Source of the DNA: Eledone cirrhosa
Taxonomy: Eukaryota
Direction of reading: 5' to 3'
Assembly: GCA_964016885.1 (NCBI GenBank)
Contig: OZ024744.1
Span: 44,330,001 to 44,394,000, forward strand
Length of the DNA stretch: 64,000 bases
The notes under the pieces were generated by a model. That model was not told where the DNA came from. It did not search any database and worked only from the letters and a program-made list of their open reading frames with translations. Positions 12,842-26,150 of the stretch are shown here, one piece after another (position 1 is the first letter of the stretch; each line of letters begins with the position of its first letter). Position numbers and translations under genes: made by a program.

Positions 12842-12886
12842 AGTCACTGAAGAGATCACAGAGTGTGTGACGAAAGAACTATGACT
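12842..12886 (+). ncRNA. Type-I hammerhead ribozyme in the inverted arm of PLE-B
   Basis: agtca-CTGAAGA-gatcacagagtgtgtgac-GAAA-gaac-TA-tgact. Confidence 0.82.
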
Positions 12887-13036
12887 ATATATAAACAACT
12901 ATCTGGTTGTGGAACCAACCAACCAACCAGAAATTTATAAATTTATAAATTTATAAATTTATAAATATATAATAAATTGAAGTGAAAGCAACTGGTGCGT
13001 GTATTTCTTATTGGCAACATGACCCTCCCAAAGTAT

Positions 13037-13097
<61 letters not shown>

Positions 13098-13124
13098 GTT
13101 CTGGTATCTCAAATTAGTACCATC

Positions 13125-14299
13125 GGTGTTGGTGGTGTTAGTGGTGTTGATGGTGTAGGTGGTGGTGTTGGTGGTGGTGGAGTTGGTCTTGGTGGTGGTG
13201 GTGTTGGTGTTGTTGCTGGTGTTGTTGGTAGTGGTGTTGGTGTTGGTGTTGTTGGTAGTGTTGATGGTGTTGTTGGTAGTGGTGTTGATGTTGGTGCTGG
13301 AGGTGTGGTGGTGTTGGTGATGGTGTTAGTAACGGTGGTGTTGCTGTTGGTGTTGGTGGTGGTGTTGGTTGTGGTGTTGGTGGTGTTGATGGTGGTGGTC
13401 TTGGTTTTGGTGTTGGTTTTGTTGGTATTGTTGGTGATGGTGTTGGTGGTAATGTTGGGGTTGGTGGTGGTGTTGGTGGTGGTGTCGGTGGTAGTGGTGT
13501 TGGTGTTGGTGGTGTTGGTGTTGGTGGTAGTGTTGTTGCTGTTGGTGGTTATGGTAGTGGTGTTGATGGTGGAGGTGTTGGTGTTGATGTTGGTGGTGGT
13601 GTTGGTGGTGGTGTTGTTGGTGTTGATGGTGGTGTTGGTGTTGTTGTTGTTGGTGTGTATGTTGGTGTTGTTGGTGGTGGTGTTGGTGTTGGTGTTGTTG
13701 GTGGTATTGGTATTGATGTTAGTGGTGTTGGTGGTGGTGGTGGTGCTGGCGGTGTTGGTGGTGTCGGTGGTGTTGGTGGTGGTGTTGGTGGTGGTGTTGA
13801 TGGAGGCGTTGGTGTTGGTTTTGGTGTTAGTGGTGTTGCTGGTGGTGGTGGTGTTGGTGTTGCTGTTGCTGTTGGTGTTGATAGTGTTGGTGGTGTTGGT
13901 GGTGTTGGTGCTGGTGTTGGTGCTGGTGTTGGTGCTGGTGGTGTTCGTGATAGTGTTGGTGGTAGTGGAGTTGGTGGTGGTGCTGGTTGTGGTGTCGTTG
14001 GTGATGGTTTCGGTGTTGTTGATGGTAGTGGTGGTGGTAGTGGTGTTGGTTGTGCTGGTGTTGGTGGTGGTGGCATTGGTGCTGGTGTTGGTTGTGTTGG
14101 TGGTGTTGGTGGTGTTGGTGGTGGTTCTAGTGGTAGTGGTGTTGGTTTTGGTGGTGGTGGTGTTGGTGTTGTTGGTGTTGTTGTTGACGGTGTTGTTGTT
14201 GGTGGTGGTGTGTTTGTTAGTGGTGGTGGTGGTGGTGGTGGTGGTGGTGGTGGTGGTGTTGGAGGTGGTGATGTTGATGTTGGTGGTGGTGTTGGTGTT
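13125..14299. repeat. Degenerate (GGT/GTT)n trinucleotide low-complexity tract
   Basis: Direct reading; the poly-V, poly-G and PT ORFs are artefacts. Confidence 0.92.
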
Positions 14300-14789
14300 A
14301 AATAATATTATAATAATCCCATTCTACAAATTACACAGCCCAAGTGAAATCAAGAGAAAATCAAAGAAAAAATGTTATTGATAAATTCAAACCCAAGCTA
14401 AATGAACAATAATAATGGGGGATTACTCCTACTATGACTATGACTACGACCATGTCGACTCTGACCACAAACAACAACTACAATAATAATAATAATAAAA
14501 GTGATGTTGATGATGATGATTACTGGAAAATGCTATTTTCATCATTTCTAAAAATAGCAAAACAATTGATGCTTTGGATAGGATCAATTAGTAGTCGTTA
14601 GACATGCTCAACCAACCGTGACGCCTAAACCAATCAACTTTAGTAATCCAGTGAAACTACACACCGATTGGTCGAAATACAGTTTGCAAGATTTAGCATT
14701 CTGGAGCCACTTTTCACTGTATATAAGGCACAACATTTACCTATCCCATTACAGTTGAAAATTGCAAACTTGACTGTCACCACACATTA

Positions 14790-14828
14790 TGAACCTGAAG
14801 ATTGCGAAAGCATGAAAGTACTTGTTCA
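14790..14828 (+). ncRNA. Minimal type-I hammerhead ribozyme (39 nt)
   Basis: tgaac-CTGAAGA-t-tgc-gaaa-gca-t-GAAA-gtac-TT-gttca; GNRA loop II, palindromic GTAC loop III. Confidence 0.85.
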
Positions 14829-15611
14829 ATTAACACTTAACATTTAATATTCTACCATACTATTTCATTCTAATACCATTATAAATTTTAAAGGATTGTA
14901 AATAAAACGAGTAAATCAGACAAAGTTGGAATTCCTTTTATTAATATAATCTTCTATACACAATCATACACACCCGTGTATATTTATCACTCTCTCTCTA
15001 TATATATATTATATGGTGGCTGCCAACTCGTTTTCGAGTACGGCCACTACTTTATATCCATGTAGGAGAATCCCTACCAATGCGCTGAACGAGTGTGACT
15101 TTTTAGTCCAGCCATCGTATTGAAAATTCTGGTACAAACACTACACTTGTGACAATTATTGACACATAGTGCTGGGCCCATGGTACCATGTGACGACAAG
15201 TGCAGAGAAATCTCCAGATATAAAGCAATGCCTGTGCTGTGAAGCTTTTATAGTGAGTAAAGGCACTGCACAAAGCCAGTCCCACTCTCTTAACCAAGAT
15301 GATATTTACCAAAAAGAAGAACAAGTCAACATCATTGGATACCATCAGGGTTGCAGGTGTTATATCAGAGTTTTCCTTCTCCTAGAATTCTGCCTTGACA
15401 AAGGCTAAGGGGTCATCTCTCCCGGTGATTTTGGATGGCCATTGACTCTTAAGAGCTCCTTTGCCCTTTGACAGGTTTTGTTTTTAGTCCTGCAGGATGT
15501 CCAAAGTCACCCTCCTCACCAAGAAACCTTGGTAGGGTTGCCAGTTTAGTCGCCAACGACCCGACCATGAGACAGGTTGTACTGGGATACATGTTACCAG
15601 TAGCACCAGTG

Positions 15612-15681
<70 letters not shown>

Positions 15682-15899
15682 TATACAAATATGTTCCAAA
15701 TATATTATTCCCAATGTTGATTTCTGATATAGACAGTTCAGAAAATTTGATTAAATAAATCCCATTACTGCTACATTATCTTAGTTACTTCGAAGGAATA
15801 TGGTCAAAGTCAAACTTGGTGAGATTTGAACTCATATGAAGATTCAGAACAAATACCACGATGATATTTTATCTGACGGATACTACCTTCTGAGGCTGT

Positions 15900-16382
15900 C
15901 GACTAGTTCCTTAATCACTGTTGAAGTATTTTGATTGGCTAATGTAAACACAATTGATCTCGCTATGTTCCTCTTTCGCAGTTAGAAGTTCAGTGATTTC
16001 TTTGGCTTGAATCTCATTATGTATTCTACCTGTTCCATCCTCCTTTGTGGCCCATACGGCGTGGTTCATGAAGGTTTTAGAGGTGGAATTCGAAATCACT
16101 TTCCGAGTTCTGTTGGAGCTGACCAGCCAATTGCTGTCTCCAAGATGACCTGCGGTGCCAATACAAACAGTATAGGAGAGATTGCACATCCCATTGCTAT
16201 GCCAACCTCTAAATTGATCCAGACTGTTGTGTGCTTTTTGGAGGAGAATCCCATAGAGAACGCACGAAAATACTTCTTTAGCAAATACCGGCTGTTCTTT
16301 GGAACATGATACATCTCGGGAATTAGTTGGATCATTTTTTATGGGACCAAAATCTAGGTACTTTCTAGATCAAGCCACACCA

Positions 16383-16458
<76 letters not shown>

Positions 16459-16680
16459 TCTTTCTCCTTCTCTTTAGCTCTTTGGATTGTCTTCCAAATC
16501 ATTGAGGCATGCTCTATGCAACCGAACACTCCAGGGATGCCTCCATTCAGAATTGACATATCCTTAGATACTTAGTCTCTATGGGGTATCTAGGTAGCCT
16601 AGCTGCCATAACAGAGAAACAATGTTTCCTTCAACATGCAGAGTTGTATTAGAATCATTCTTTCATCACCACTACTAAAC
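15900..16680 (-). pseudogene. Non-LTR retrotransposon RT remnant (resembles RLE/Hero-type), interrupted by (CT)n
   Basis: GIPGVFGCIEHASMIWKTIQRAK and LEVGIAMGCAISPILFVLA are LINE RT-like motifs; multiple frameshifts. The clade is from memory. Confidence 0.7.
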
Positions 16681-17455
16681 GTAATTCATTTGCTTGATAT
16701 TGTTTAGGTCAATATCATCCGTTTGGATACAATAGGTTTCATTAAAGTGAAAAGTCTTGTTAAATCTTCTCTGAGATGTTGTGTAGATTATGCCACTTAA
16801 ACATAGATTATTTCGAATGCTTCAACAATACAAAGATCACAGGATTTTGTTGCTATTATGAGATTGCCAAGTGTTCACAAAGTAACCTGAATCAAATATT
16901 CCTGTATTTCAAACTTGAAATGTAAGCTCAAAATGAAGTTATATTCATTCAAACTAGATTTTGAAATGAATGACTGATCATATAGTAACTTGGTTTAATT
17001 CTAATGGTTGTTACTCCTATATATGGCTTACATATATGCACTATATTGCCATTATATTCCCACAAAATATATAAAATGAAGAAATTGATTGATAAAATGG
17101 TCTGCCACTGATTTAAACGTAAACGATCATTCACAGTCATTTGACATTTTGAAGGTTATCAATTGTATTGATATCACCTCAAAAAGGGTCCCTAAAATTG
17201 TTTAATTGAAATTCGCAGGGAAGCCTTACAGTAGTCAAAATAACAAATTTAAAATCATGTAATGATTTAGCAGAAAATATCTAAAGACATGTTTGTTAAT
17301 TAAAAGTTAATACCTTTACTATTAGATAGACAGTTGTGAAAATTTACAGTAAAATAAAGATGTTATTTTATTTTATATCTTGCTAATGCAGATTCATGAA
17401 AAATTATATTAAGATTGAAATTGTTCTTTCAAATGACAGTTCTTTGATGTAACAC

Positions 17456-17819
17456 TGTTATGGAATGGACCATGGCTAGAAACGAAGTGACTTTGCAAAG
17501 AGTTGTTTAAAGTTTAATCTTAACTCCCAAGGTATCAGGGCTCGAATCTGACCATATATATATAGAGAGAGAGAAAAAAGAAGTTGAATATGTAATTGTA
17601 GCCTTTAAGAAGTTTTATTTTTTTGTAGGAAAAAAAGCCCTGAAAAAAAGCCCTGAAAGTGGACAAGGCGAAATGTCTATAAATGATAACTGAAGTGCAT
17701 GTCAGGTAGATTATGTACGGAGTTTTGTTGGTAGTTCGGAATTACGCCTGGTGAATACTTTGAATTTTACCCTCATTTCGTACACATATACAAAACAAGT
17801 TTGTCACGTCATTATAACA
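17456..17819 (+). mobile_element. 5' LTR of a Ty3/Gypsy element
   Basis: TGTTAT...ATAACA terminal inverted hexamer, immediately followed by g-TGGCGACGAG. Confidence 0.65.
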
Positions 17820-17820
17820 G

Positions 17821-17832
17821 TGGCGACGAGTT
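17821..17832 (+). promoter_or_regulatory. Primer-binding site
   Basis: TGGCGACGAG one base after the LTR-terminal CA and upstream of gag; typical of Mag-type Gypsy elements. Confidence 0.75.
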
Positions 17833-17879
17833 ATTAGAAGTTTACGTTGGACTGATTTATTTTTTGTAAAAAGAAACCT

Positions 17880-19010
17880 CCTTAATATAGAAGATTTACT
17901 AGTCCAAGTGGTACAACAACAACAGTTAATAGAAGTTTGTACACCCCGGATGCTGTGGCGAACTCAATAGAAGAATTCACATATGACCCAAATGAGGGCA
18001 TTACTTTCTCTGCTTACTTTAGAAGACATGAGGAATTCTTCCAAGAAGAATGCAGTAGCTGGGAAGACGAGACAAAAACACTTCTGTTGAGGACGTTGGC
18101 ACCAGTCGAACGTAAAAAATACTATAATTACATACTACCGAAGAAACCAGGTGTGATCTGTTTTGAAGAAACAGTAAATATCCTGTCAAAAAATTTTAAC
18201 GAGAAAAGTTCTTTATTTAACACCCGTTGGCAGTGTTCTCGTGAAAAAGAGGACGTAGATGTTGTCAGGTATGCTGGGATCGTTAACAAGGAACGCGAAA
18301 GATATAAACTTAACGAACTAACCCCAGACATGTTTAAATGCTTAATTTTCGTCCAAGGGTTAACTGCAAAGAAAGATGCGGAACTGTGTACCAGAATTCT
18401 GACAAAATTAAAGCAGAAGCAGAACTTAACATTACAGGAAATATCTGAGGAATGTCAGAGAATCATAAATCTGAGACACGATACGGAAATAATCAAAGAG
18501 AGAGACTGCTCTCATATACACTCTGTGCGACCTAAAGTAACAAAACGAAAAACAAAAAAAAGTAATTCATATTTCAGATGTGGAGGATTACATATTAGAT
18601 ATGATTGTTCTTTTAAAAACTTAAAGTGCTTCGGGTGTGGGAGAATAGGACATAAAAATCACACTGTAAAACAAAACCAAGAAAAAGGTTCAGCAGGAAA
18701 GATTATGTATTGGGGAAAAAAAAAAAAATAACAACACTCAAAGGAAATTTGTGTATGTAAAAATTAACAACATATATGTTAAATTACATTTAGATACAGG
18801 TAGCGACATTACTATAACCAATGAAGACACGTGAAACCTGGAAAATGACATTAAATAAAACCTCGAAGATGGGAAGAAATTATTGTTTAAAGGCAATACC
18901 GTAAAAACTAAATCTTATGAATGAAGAAATACAACAAATATTTTCGGTACTGACTGGATGAAGCTGGGATTGACCCATAAATATTTTTTGTGAAAGTGTA
19001 ACTGGGTCGT
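17880..19010 (+). pseudogene. gag: Gypsy (Mag-like) gag and protease fragment, 3'-truncated
   Basis: Two tandem zinc-knuckle remnants (YFRCGGLH...C, CFGCGRIGH); protease motif LDTGSDIT near 18790 after a frameshift in an A run. Confidence 0.85.
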
Positions 19011-19369
19011 TCGCCAGATCATAGAACTGCTGCAGATGTTGTTGTTGGTGATGTTGATGGATGTAATGGTGATTTGTTCAATGCATTTCATTCTGTTTCC
19101 GGGTAAAATATTTTCCTTATTTATTCTTTACTAGATATAATAACTCTTCTATCAATATCTTTATATCAATACAATGATGCTATTTTCATGTTTATAGAGT
19201 ATAGTTATAATTGATTGAAACATCAATGTTTAAGTGAACAGCAGTGAGATTTGAACTGGAACATAGCTTAACAAATCAATATAATACAGTCTTAAGTCAA
19301 GCACTTTACCATTTCTACCATGTTGCTGCACTTTGACTATGTATATGATAGTAGTGACATCTTAAATTA

Positions 19370-19670
19370 CCCACCACCACCACCATAGCCTCCAGCACCA
19401 CCACTACAACCTCCACAACCACTACAACCTCCACCACCACCACTACAACCTCCACAACCACCACTACAACCTCCACCACCACCACTACAACCTCCACAAC
19501 CACCACTACAACCTCCACAACCACCACTACAACCTCCACAACAACCCCTACAACCTCCACCACCACCACAACTTCCACCACCACCACTACAACCTCCACC
19601 ATCACCACTACAACCTACACCACCATCACCACTACAACCTCCACCACTACCACTACAACCATAACCATCA
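19370..19670. repeat. (CCA/CTA/CAA)n-derived ~21-bp minisatellite
   Basis: ccaccactacaacctccac(a/c)a units repeated. Confidence 0.85.
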
Positions 19671-20299
19671 TAGAGTAACACATTTGTAAGATATAAGATT
19701 AAATCAACATTAGTATATAACTGGTATTAATTTTATTGAACTAAACTTCAAACACTTCAGTGGGGTAAAATAGAGAAATCAATCGATAAATAAAATAAAT
19801 GCCAGAATAAAACGACAAGAAAGAAATCATAATTTACTGATTAATGGCATTAAAATTTCAAAATAATCAAAGCTCAAATTGTTTTAATTAATTGATACAA
19901 TGACTTCGTATTCATTTCTTTTAAAACTAACATACCACCTTCTGTTTGCCCTTCTGTGATTTATTTTTCTGTTACAGGTCTATTTCATTTCTTCTCATTG
20001 ACCTCCACATGTTCTAATTGAAAAGGACGTAGATGGTTACTGAGTCTGTTACCCGAAAGTTCCTGAAGCTAGATATAACTTAATTAATACTTAACATCCT
20101 GTAAACATTTAGCAGAAATTGTCTGAAAGAAAATCTTTTACTTCAAGTATTTATAGTATTTTTACTCATGGATAGATTGTTGTGAAGATTTTTGGTAAAC
20201 TAAAGTAAATAATTTAAATTTTAATGTGGTGCAGTAATAATATTATTTTGTACGTTTCAAGGATATTTTGTAGTGTAGTTTGATACAGTGATGTTGGGA

Positions 20300-20450
20300 A
20301 GGAGTATATCAAATGGATCACTCCTCGGTACTTGACTGGTACTATACTATATGAACCACACATGGATGAAAGATAAATTTGTCATCTCTGGGATCTGAAT
20401 TCAGAACAAATAATAAACAACAAATTGTCCGATGGTCAAGTGATTCTGCT
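20300..20450 (+). mobile_element. Old SINE-like fragment (similar pieces ~15790-15860, ~19695-19745)
   Basis: actggtact...ggatgaaagataaa...gatctgaattcagaac resembles an abundant octopus SINE core as recalled; partial similarity among the three sites. Confidence 0.4.
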
Positions 20451-20829
20451 AATTCTGAATGAATAGGTTCTAGCTTAGGCACAAGACCAGACATTTTAAC
20501 GTAACAAGAAACCTTCATTGGCAGTTATTTGAAAAATACGGTTTTAAAAAAAAGTAAGCCAGTGATATGAGCACAAACCAGAAGACTTCATATAAATGAT
20601 CACATCACAAATCTATGGCACTTTACGGGCCAATGTGACCAGGAAATTAAATATCGCAAACCAGACAGTGTGGTGATCAAGAACGTTTACAAAGAATACA
20701 TACACCTATGTATGAATACCGAGTTAATGCTAGGATCAATAATAAAGATTATAGGAAATAAGAATCAATAGACAGGGCAAACAATGTCAACAGGGTGATT
20801 TATTAAGTACTGCGAGATGAAAAGAAAGA

Positions 20830-21400
20830 GGATAATTGATGTTAATCAGGTTCGACTGTATTATAAAAGAAAGAGTGAAAGGTTCTCTGTGGGCAAGAAG
20901 GAACACTTTCATCTTTAGTGTTAAAGAGACTAATTTTAGAGGTTACTATTTCTAATACTTCTGACAAACAAAGATTACATTTACTTCTACCTCCACTATA
21001 TGTCTTTGCTGAATTAACAAAACTCCATCTCAAAGAGTACTGAATATTATCTTTTTTAGAGACCAGATAAATTTAGTTAAAAGGATAAAATTGCTTAATT
21101 TTTCATACTTGAATGAATTTATATGCACATAGTATCTTGTTTTAAATCTATTACCAGTGGTTCTGATATAATTAAATGATGTATTATTAGTTGGAACGTC
21201 ACATTTTTGCCCTATATTACTTCTAAGGCATTCACTCAAAAACGGGCGTGTGTCGGGGATCCTACAGTTATAACAATTTGGCGGATTTCAGACTCGATTT
21301 CTACATTTATTATTTTCATCATTGTTACCAGGGCTATTTTTCACGTTATTTACAACTTCGGCTAGTTTAGTGATTATTTATCTAGTTTATTTATAATTAT
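20830..21400 (-). pseudogene. Decayed GIY-YIG end of a PLE related to family D
   Basis: NYIRTTGNRFKTRY..HINSFK and WS....AKTY.....KCNLCLSE align by eye with the C-terminus of the 40767 ORF. Confidence 0.8.
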
Positions 21401-21634
21401 TTATCTAGTTGATTTCTACGGACTAAGAAAAAATTACATAGATTTTGTTTTACTATTTTTCAAACCTATGATTATATATATGTATATATATGTATATATG
21501 TATATATATATGTATATATGTATATATGTGTATATATATATGTATATATGTATATATATGTATATATATATATATGTATATATGTATATATGTATATATG
21601 TATATATATGTATATATATGTATATATATGTATA

Positions 21635-21745
<111 letters not shown>

Positions 21746-21864
21746 GTTTGAATATGTATAATAAAGCCAAAACAATGCAGGTATGGACATAGAAAAAAGA
21801 ATGCAATTGCAAAAAAAAGATATTGTTGACAATTCGTCTTTTACCTTAGATTTATTTTAAACGT

Positions 21865-21900
21865 CCTTAATTTTCGAGATAATGTCTCTTCTTCAGAGGG
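21865..21900 (-). ncRNA. Ultra-minimal hammerhead candidate in PLE-C 3'UTR (also 26544-26579 +, 50178-50213 -, mutated 53271-53306 +)
   Basis: cct-CTGAAGA-a-gaga(c/t)attatctc-GAAA-at-TA-agg; stem I is only 3 bp and loop III 2 nt (AATT palindrome). Confidence 0.6.
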
Positions 21901-22297
21901 AAATAAAGGTCTCAAACCAGCGTTCTAAATATCTTGCCAAGCCATGCTGACAGGAAATAGTATAGAGTATCTGTTCTATCTCTAATGTCAAAGAGTTAAA
22001 ATTAGGTGGATAAAGAGTAGTCTCCCTTTAAAAGGGGTTTGTTTAGGGTTTTTTTAATTTTTTTATATACATGCCTGTTTAAGTGTGTGGGAGAATGCAT
22101 GAAGGTGTAAGTATGTGAGTGTGTGTGTGTGAGTGTCAGAAGATAAGTCTATTCGTAAATGTGGGGGATAGGTGTTATCTGGTGTTAGAACTGGTTTTGT
22201 GTGTGTATGTGTGAGAGAGAATAAGTGGAGGTGTAAGCGTGTGTGTGTGTGTGCGTGTGTGTGTATGGGGTGTGTAAATATGGGGCTAGAAGCCCTA

Positions 22298-23845
22298 TCA
22301 GGTTTTAAATTGGGTGTTGAGTTCTAGTCTATTACTGATAGGTGGTTGTGTTTTATCTATAATTAGTGCTTCCTTAATTCTAAGATTGCCGAGGTTTCTT
22401 TCCTTAGTTTCTATCCTAACTGTTATGGTTTTGTCGGTGTTTTTGCATTTAACTAGGTGTTTCTTAAATGAGGAAGCGTTAGTATTGAGGTATTCTTTTA
22501 TTCTTATGTGGAGTGGTCTGGTGGTGCTACCTACGTAGAAGTTGATGCATTTGTCACACTCTAGTCTGTATACGACGTAAGCCTGGTGGCATAGGTCTGT
22601 GTCGTTGATGGGGCAGTTGGCTAGTCTGCAGCAGTTGTCATGTCTGGTGGAGTGTCCTTTGGCTAGCTGTCCGCGCAGAGAAGGACCTGAGTGGGCCAGT
22701 TGGATATCCAGTCCCTCTCGTCTGATGGCTCTGCGGATGGCTGTTGTTGTTTCTTCACTGAAGTGTGGGAGCTTCAGGAAGCAATTGTTAGTGCCTCGGG
22801 TGTGGTGTCCTCTGTTCTCTCTGGCACGGTTTGTGGTGGATGTCGTGTATCCGTTCAGTTTGAGTACTTCCAGGAAATGTGTGGTGTGTGTGTCTCGGTC
22901 TCTAGCGTCGGTGCATTTGTTCCGGATACGTGCCAGTTCGTTCCTTATGTATCCGAACTTGGCACCGAGTGGGAAGGCCGATCTGAAATGTACGAACAGA
23001 TCCCTGCTGGCGACTGTTTTATAGAAGCAGGTGTGGATGTTGCCTTCCTCTGTTACCCTGAGTTGGAAGTCCAGTAGGGATATGGATCCGCGGTCATCGG
23101 GGTGTTCCATGCTGAACTTTATACTGGCGTCCATGGTGGAGAATGTTGTGTATATTTTATCTGCCTCCTCACGGGATGATGTGAGGATGAGTATGTCATC
23201 TACATATCGGGTGAAGAAGGCATGGGAATGGCAGGTGTTGAGGGCTCGGTATTCTAGCTGGTTCATGTAGGTGATGGCCAGCAGGCCCGATAGGCTGGAT
23301 CCCATGGGTAATCCTGTTGTCTGTCTGTATGTGTGGTGGTGGAAGGTGAAGTACGTGTTGTCTACTGTGAAGGACAAAAGCTGGTGTATGTCCGTCGGGT
23401 GGAGGCCGTAGCAGTGGATGTCCTCTGCGACGACGCAGTCCGTCAATAAATCGACAGCTGGATGAGCGGGGACTATAGTGTAGAGTGAGACAACGTCGAG
23501 GCTAAAAGCGTATTTATTTAGTTTAAGTTGTTCTGGCTGGAGTTGGTGTAGTCTACGTATAACTTCGTCGGAGCTACTGACATGCCCGGGAAAGGTGGAG
23601 AGTAGAGGCTTGAGGACCTGGGAGAGGAGCCAGGACATTTTGTATAGGGGTCCTTCTATGCTAGAGACGATGGGTCTTATTTGCGTCTTAGTGCTATTCT
23701 TGTGGGTCTTGATGAGGTGGTAGAAAATGGGCAGGCTGCTATTTCTAGTGATGTAGTTGAGCTTAACTTTATTTGGGAGTTGTCTTCTCCTACAGATATC
23801 GAACCAAATGGAGTTGGTCTGCTTTTCGATCTGGGCTGCAGTCAT
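22298..23845 (-). CDS. PLE-C RT + GIY-YIG ORF, uninterrupted over 515 aa but 5'-truncated
   Basis: LIKTHK, IRPIVS, SLDVVSLYT, GLPMG, RYVDD; VVYRLECDKC..FYVGSTTRPLHIRIKE. Confidence 0.88.
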   Translation of the reverse strand: MTAAQIEKQTNSIWFDICRRRQLPNKVKLNYITRNSSLPIFYHLIKTHKNSTKTQIRPIVSSIEGPLYKMSWLLSQVLKPLLSTFPGHVSSSDEVIRRLHQLQPEQLKLNKYAFSLDVVSLYTIVPAHPAVDLLTDCVVAEDIHCYGLHPTDIHQLLSFTVDNTYFTFHHHTYRQTTGLPMGSSLSGLLAITYMNQLEYRALNTCHSHAFFTRYVDDILILTSSREEADKIYTTFSTMDASIKFSMEHPDDRGSISLLDFQLRVTEEGNIHTCFYKTVASRDLFVHFRSAFPLGAKFGYIRNELARIRNKCTDARDRDTHTTHFLEVLKLNGYTTSTTNRARENRGHHTRGTNNCFLKLPHFSEETTTAIRRAIRREGLDIQLAHSGPSLRGQLAKGHSTRHDNCCRLANCPINDTDLCHQAYVVYRLECDKCINFYVGSTTRPLHIRIKEYLNTNASSFKKHLVKCKNTDKTITVRIETKERNLGNLRIKEALIIDKTQPPISNRLELNTQFKT

Positions 23846-24106
23846 GTCCGGGATCTCTGTGTATAATTCATTGTCGCTTAGGTGTTCAAAGGCTAGGTTA
23901 TTGTATGTGGCTTGAGAGATGACGCAAAACTCTTTACCTTTGTCGGATGGTAAGTATATAAGTTCCTTATTCCGTAGGTTCTTCAGGGCGAGTTGTTGTG
24001 TCCTGGAGAGGTTTGGGGCTATCTTCTTCTGTTTCCGTAAGATGTTAAATACGGAATGTTTTAGTCTCGAGAATCTTTCTTCAAGCTCGCGGTTGGCAGT
24101 CGGTGG

Positions 24107-26150
24107 ACAGACTTGACAGGATCACAGACTTGACAGGATCCCTCTCCCGAGAGGAATTAGACCTCCTCAGCCTGGGTCCCAAGTTCATATTGAAACAGAG
24201 ACTGGACGACAAACTATGGCTCGACATAAAAACGAATTTCTGTCGGGCTGCTTACCAACTAAAATGGATATCGACTCTCGGCAACAACACCACGAAATCT
24301 ATCAAACCCAGATTCCCGATATACCAACTTAATCGCCCACTCTGTCCACCGCCTGCCAACCGCGAGCTTGAAGAAAAACTCTCGAGACTAAAACATTCCG
24401 TATTTAACATCTTACGGAAACAGAAGAAGATAGCCCCAAACCTCTCCAGGACACAACAACTCGCCCTGAAGAACCTACGGAATAGGGAACTTATATACTT
24501 ACCATCCGACAAAGGTAAAGAGTTTTGCGTCATCTCTCAAGCCACATACAATAACCTAACATTTGAACACCTAAGCGACAATGAATTATACACAGAGATC
24601 CCGGACATGACTGCAGCCCAGATCAAAAACAGACCAACTCCATTTGGTTCGATATCTGTAGGAGAAGACAACTCCCAAATAAAGTTAAGCTCAACTACAC
24701 CACTATAAATAGCAGACTTCCCACTTTCTACCACCTCATCAAGACCCACAAGAATAGCACTAAGACGCAAATAAGACCCATCGTCTCTAGTATAGAAGGA
24801 CCCCTATACAAAATGTCCTGGCTCCTCTCCCAGGTCCTCAAGCCTCTACTCTTTACATTTCCCGGGCATGTCAGTAGCTCCGACGAAGTTATACGTAGAC
24901 TACACCAACTCCAGCCAGAACAACTTAAACTAAATAAATGCGCTTTTAGCCTCGACGTTGTCTCACTCTACACTACAGTCCCCGCTCATCCAGCTGTCGA
25001 TTTATTGACGGACTGCGTCGTCGCAGAGGACATCCACTGCTACGGCCTCCACCCGACGGACATACACCAGCTTTTGTCCTTCACAGTAGACAACACGTAC
25101 TTCACCTTCCACCACCACACATACAGACAGACAACAGGATTACCCATGGGATCCAGCCTATAGGGCCTGCTGGCCATCACCTACATGAATCAGCTAGAAT
25201 GCCGAGCCCTCACATACCTGCCATTCCCATGCCTTCTTCACCCGATATGTAGATGACATACTCATCCTCACATCATCCCGTGAGGAGGCAGATAAAATAT
25301 ACACAACATTCTCCACCATGGACGCCAGTATAAAGTTCAGCATGGAACACCCCGATGACCGCGTATCCCTATCCCTACTGGACTTCCAACTCAGGGTAAC
25401 AGAGGAAAGCAACATCCACACCTGCTTCTATAAAAAAGTCGCCAGCAGGGATCTGTTCGTACATTTCAGATCGGCCTTCCCACTCGGTGCCAAGTTCGGA
25501 TACATAAGGAACGAACTGGCACGTATCCGGAACAAATTCACCGACGCTAGAGATCGAGACACACACACCACACATTTCCTGGAAGTACTCAAACTGAACG
25601 GATACACGACATCCACCACAAACCGTGCCAGAAAGAACAGAGGACAACACACCCGAGGCACTAACACTTGCTTCCTAAAGCTCTCACACTTCAGTGAAGA
25701 AACAACAGCCATCCGCAGAGCCATCAGACGAGAACGACTAGATACCAACTGGCCCACTCAGGTCCTTCTCTGCGCGGACAGCTAGCCAAAAGACACTCCA
25801 CCAGACATGACAACTGCTGCAGACTAGCCAACTGCCCCATCAACGACACAGACCTATGCCACCAGCCTTACGTCGTATACAGACTAGAGTGTGACAAATG
25901 CAACAACTTCTACGTAGGTAGCACCACCAGACCACTCCACATAAGAATAAAAGAACACCTCAATACTAACGCTTCCTCATTTAAGAAACACCTAGTTAAA
26001 TGCAATAACACCGACAAAACCATAACAGTTAGGATAGAAACTAAGGAAAGAAACCTCGGCAATCTTAGAATTAAGGAAGCACTAATTATAGATAAAACAC
26101 AACCACCTATCAGTAATAGACTAGAACTCAACACCCAATTTATAACCTGA
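24107..26150 (+). pseudogene. PLE-C RT + GIY-YIG, frameshifted copy extending further 5'
   Basis: LLSLGPKF N-terminal PLE motif, SDKG, and the same RT motifs split over several frames; stop at 25161. Confidence 0.9.

Larger units (their letters stand above)
11105..13045 (-). mobile_element. Penelope-like element family B copy 1 (decayed RT-GIY-YIG 11558-12743) with inverted 3'UTR segment at its 5' end (12744-13045)
   Basis: YSRYVDD; VVYSIRC...VYIGETTRSVGERINEH; 12744-13045 is the reverse complement of ~11163-11456. Confidence 0.9.

Noticed and set aside
13305-14381. 358-aa hydrophobic, Gly-rich or Pro/Thr-rich protein
   Set aside because: Several frames are open only because of the GGT/GTT repeat; no non-repetitive coding context.
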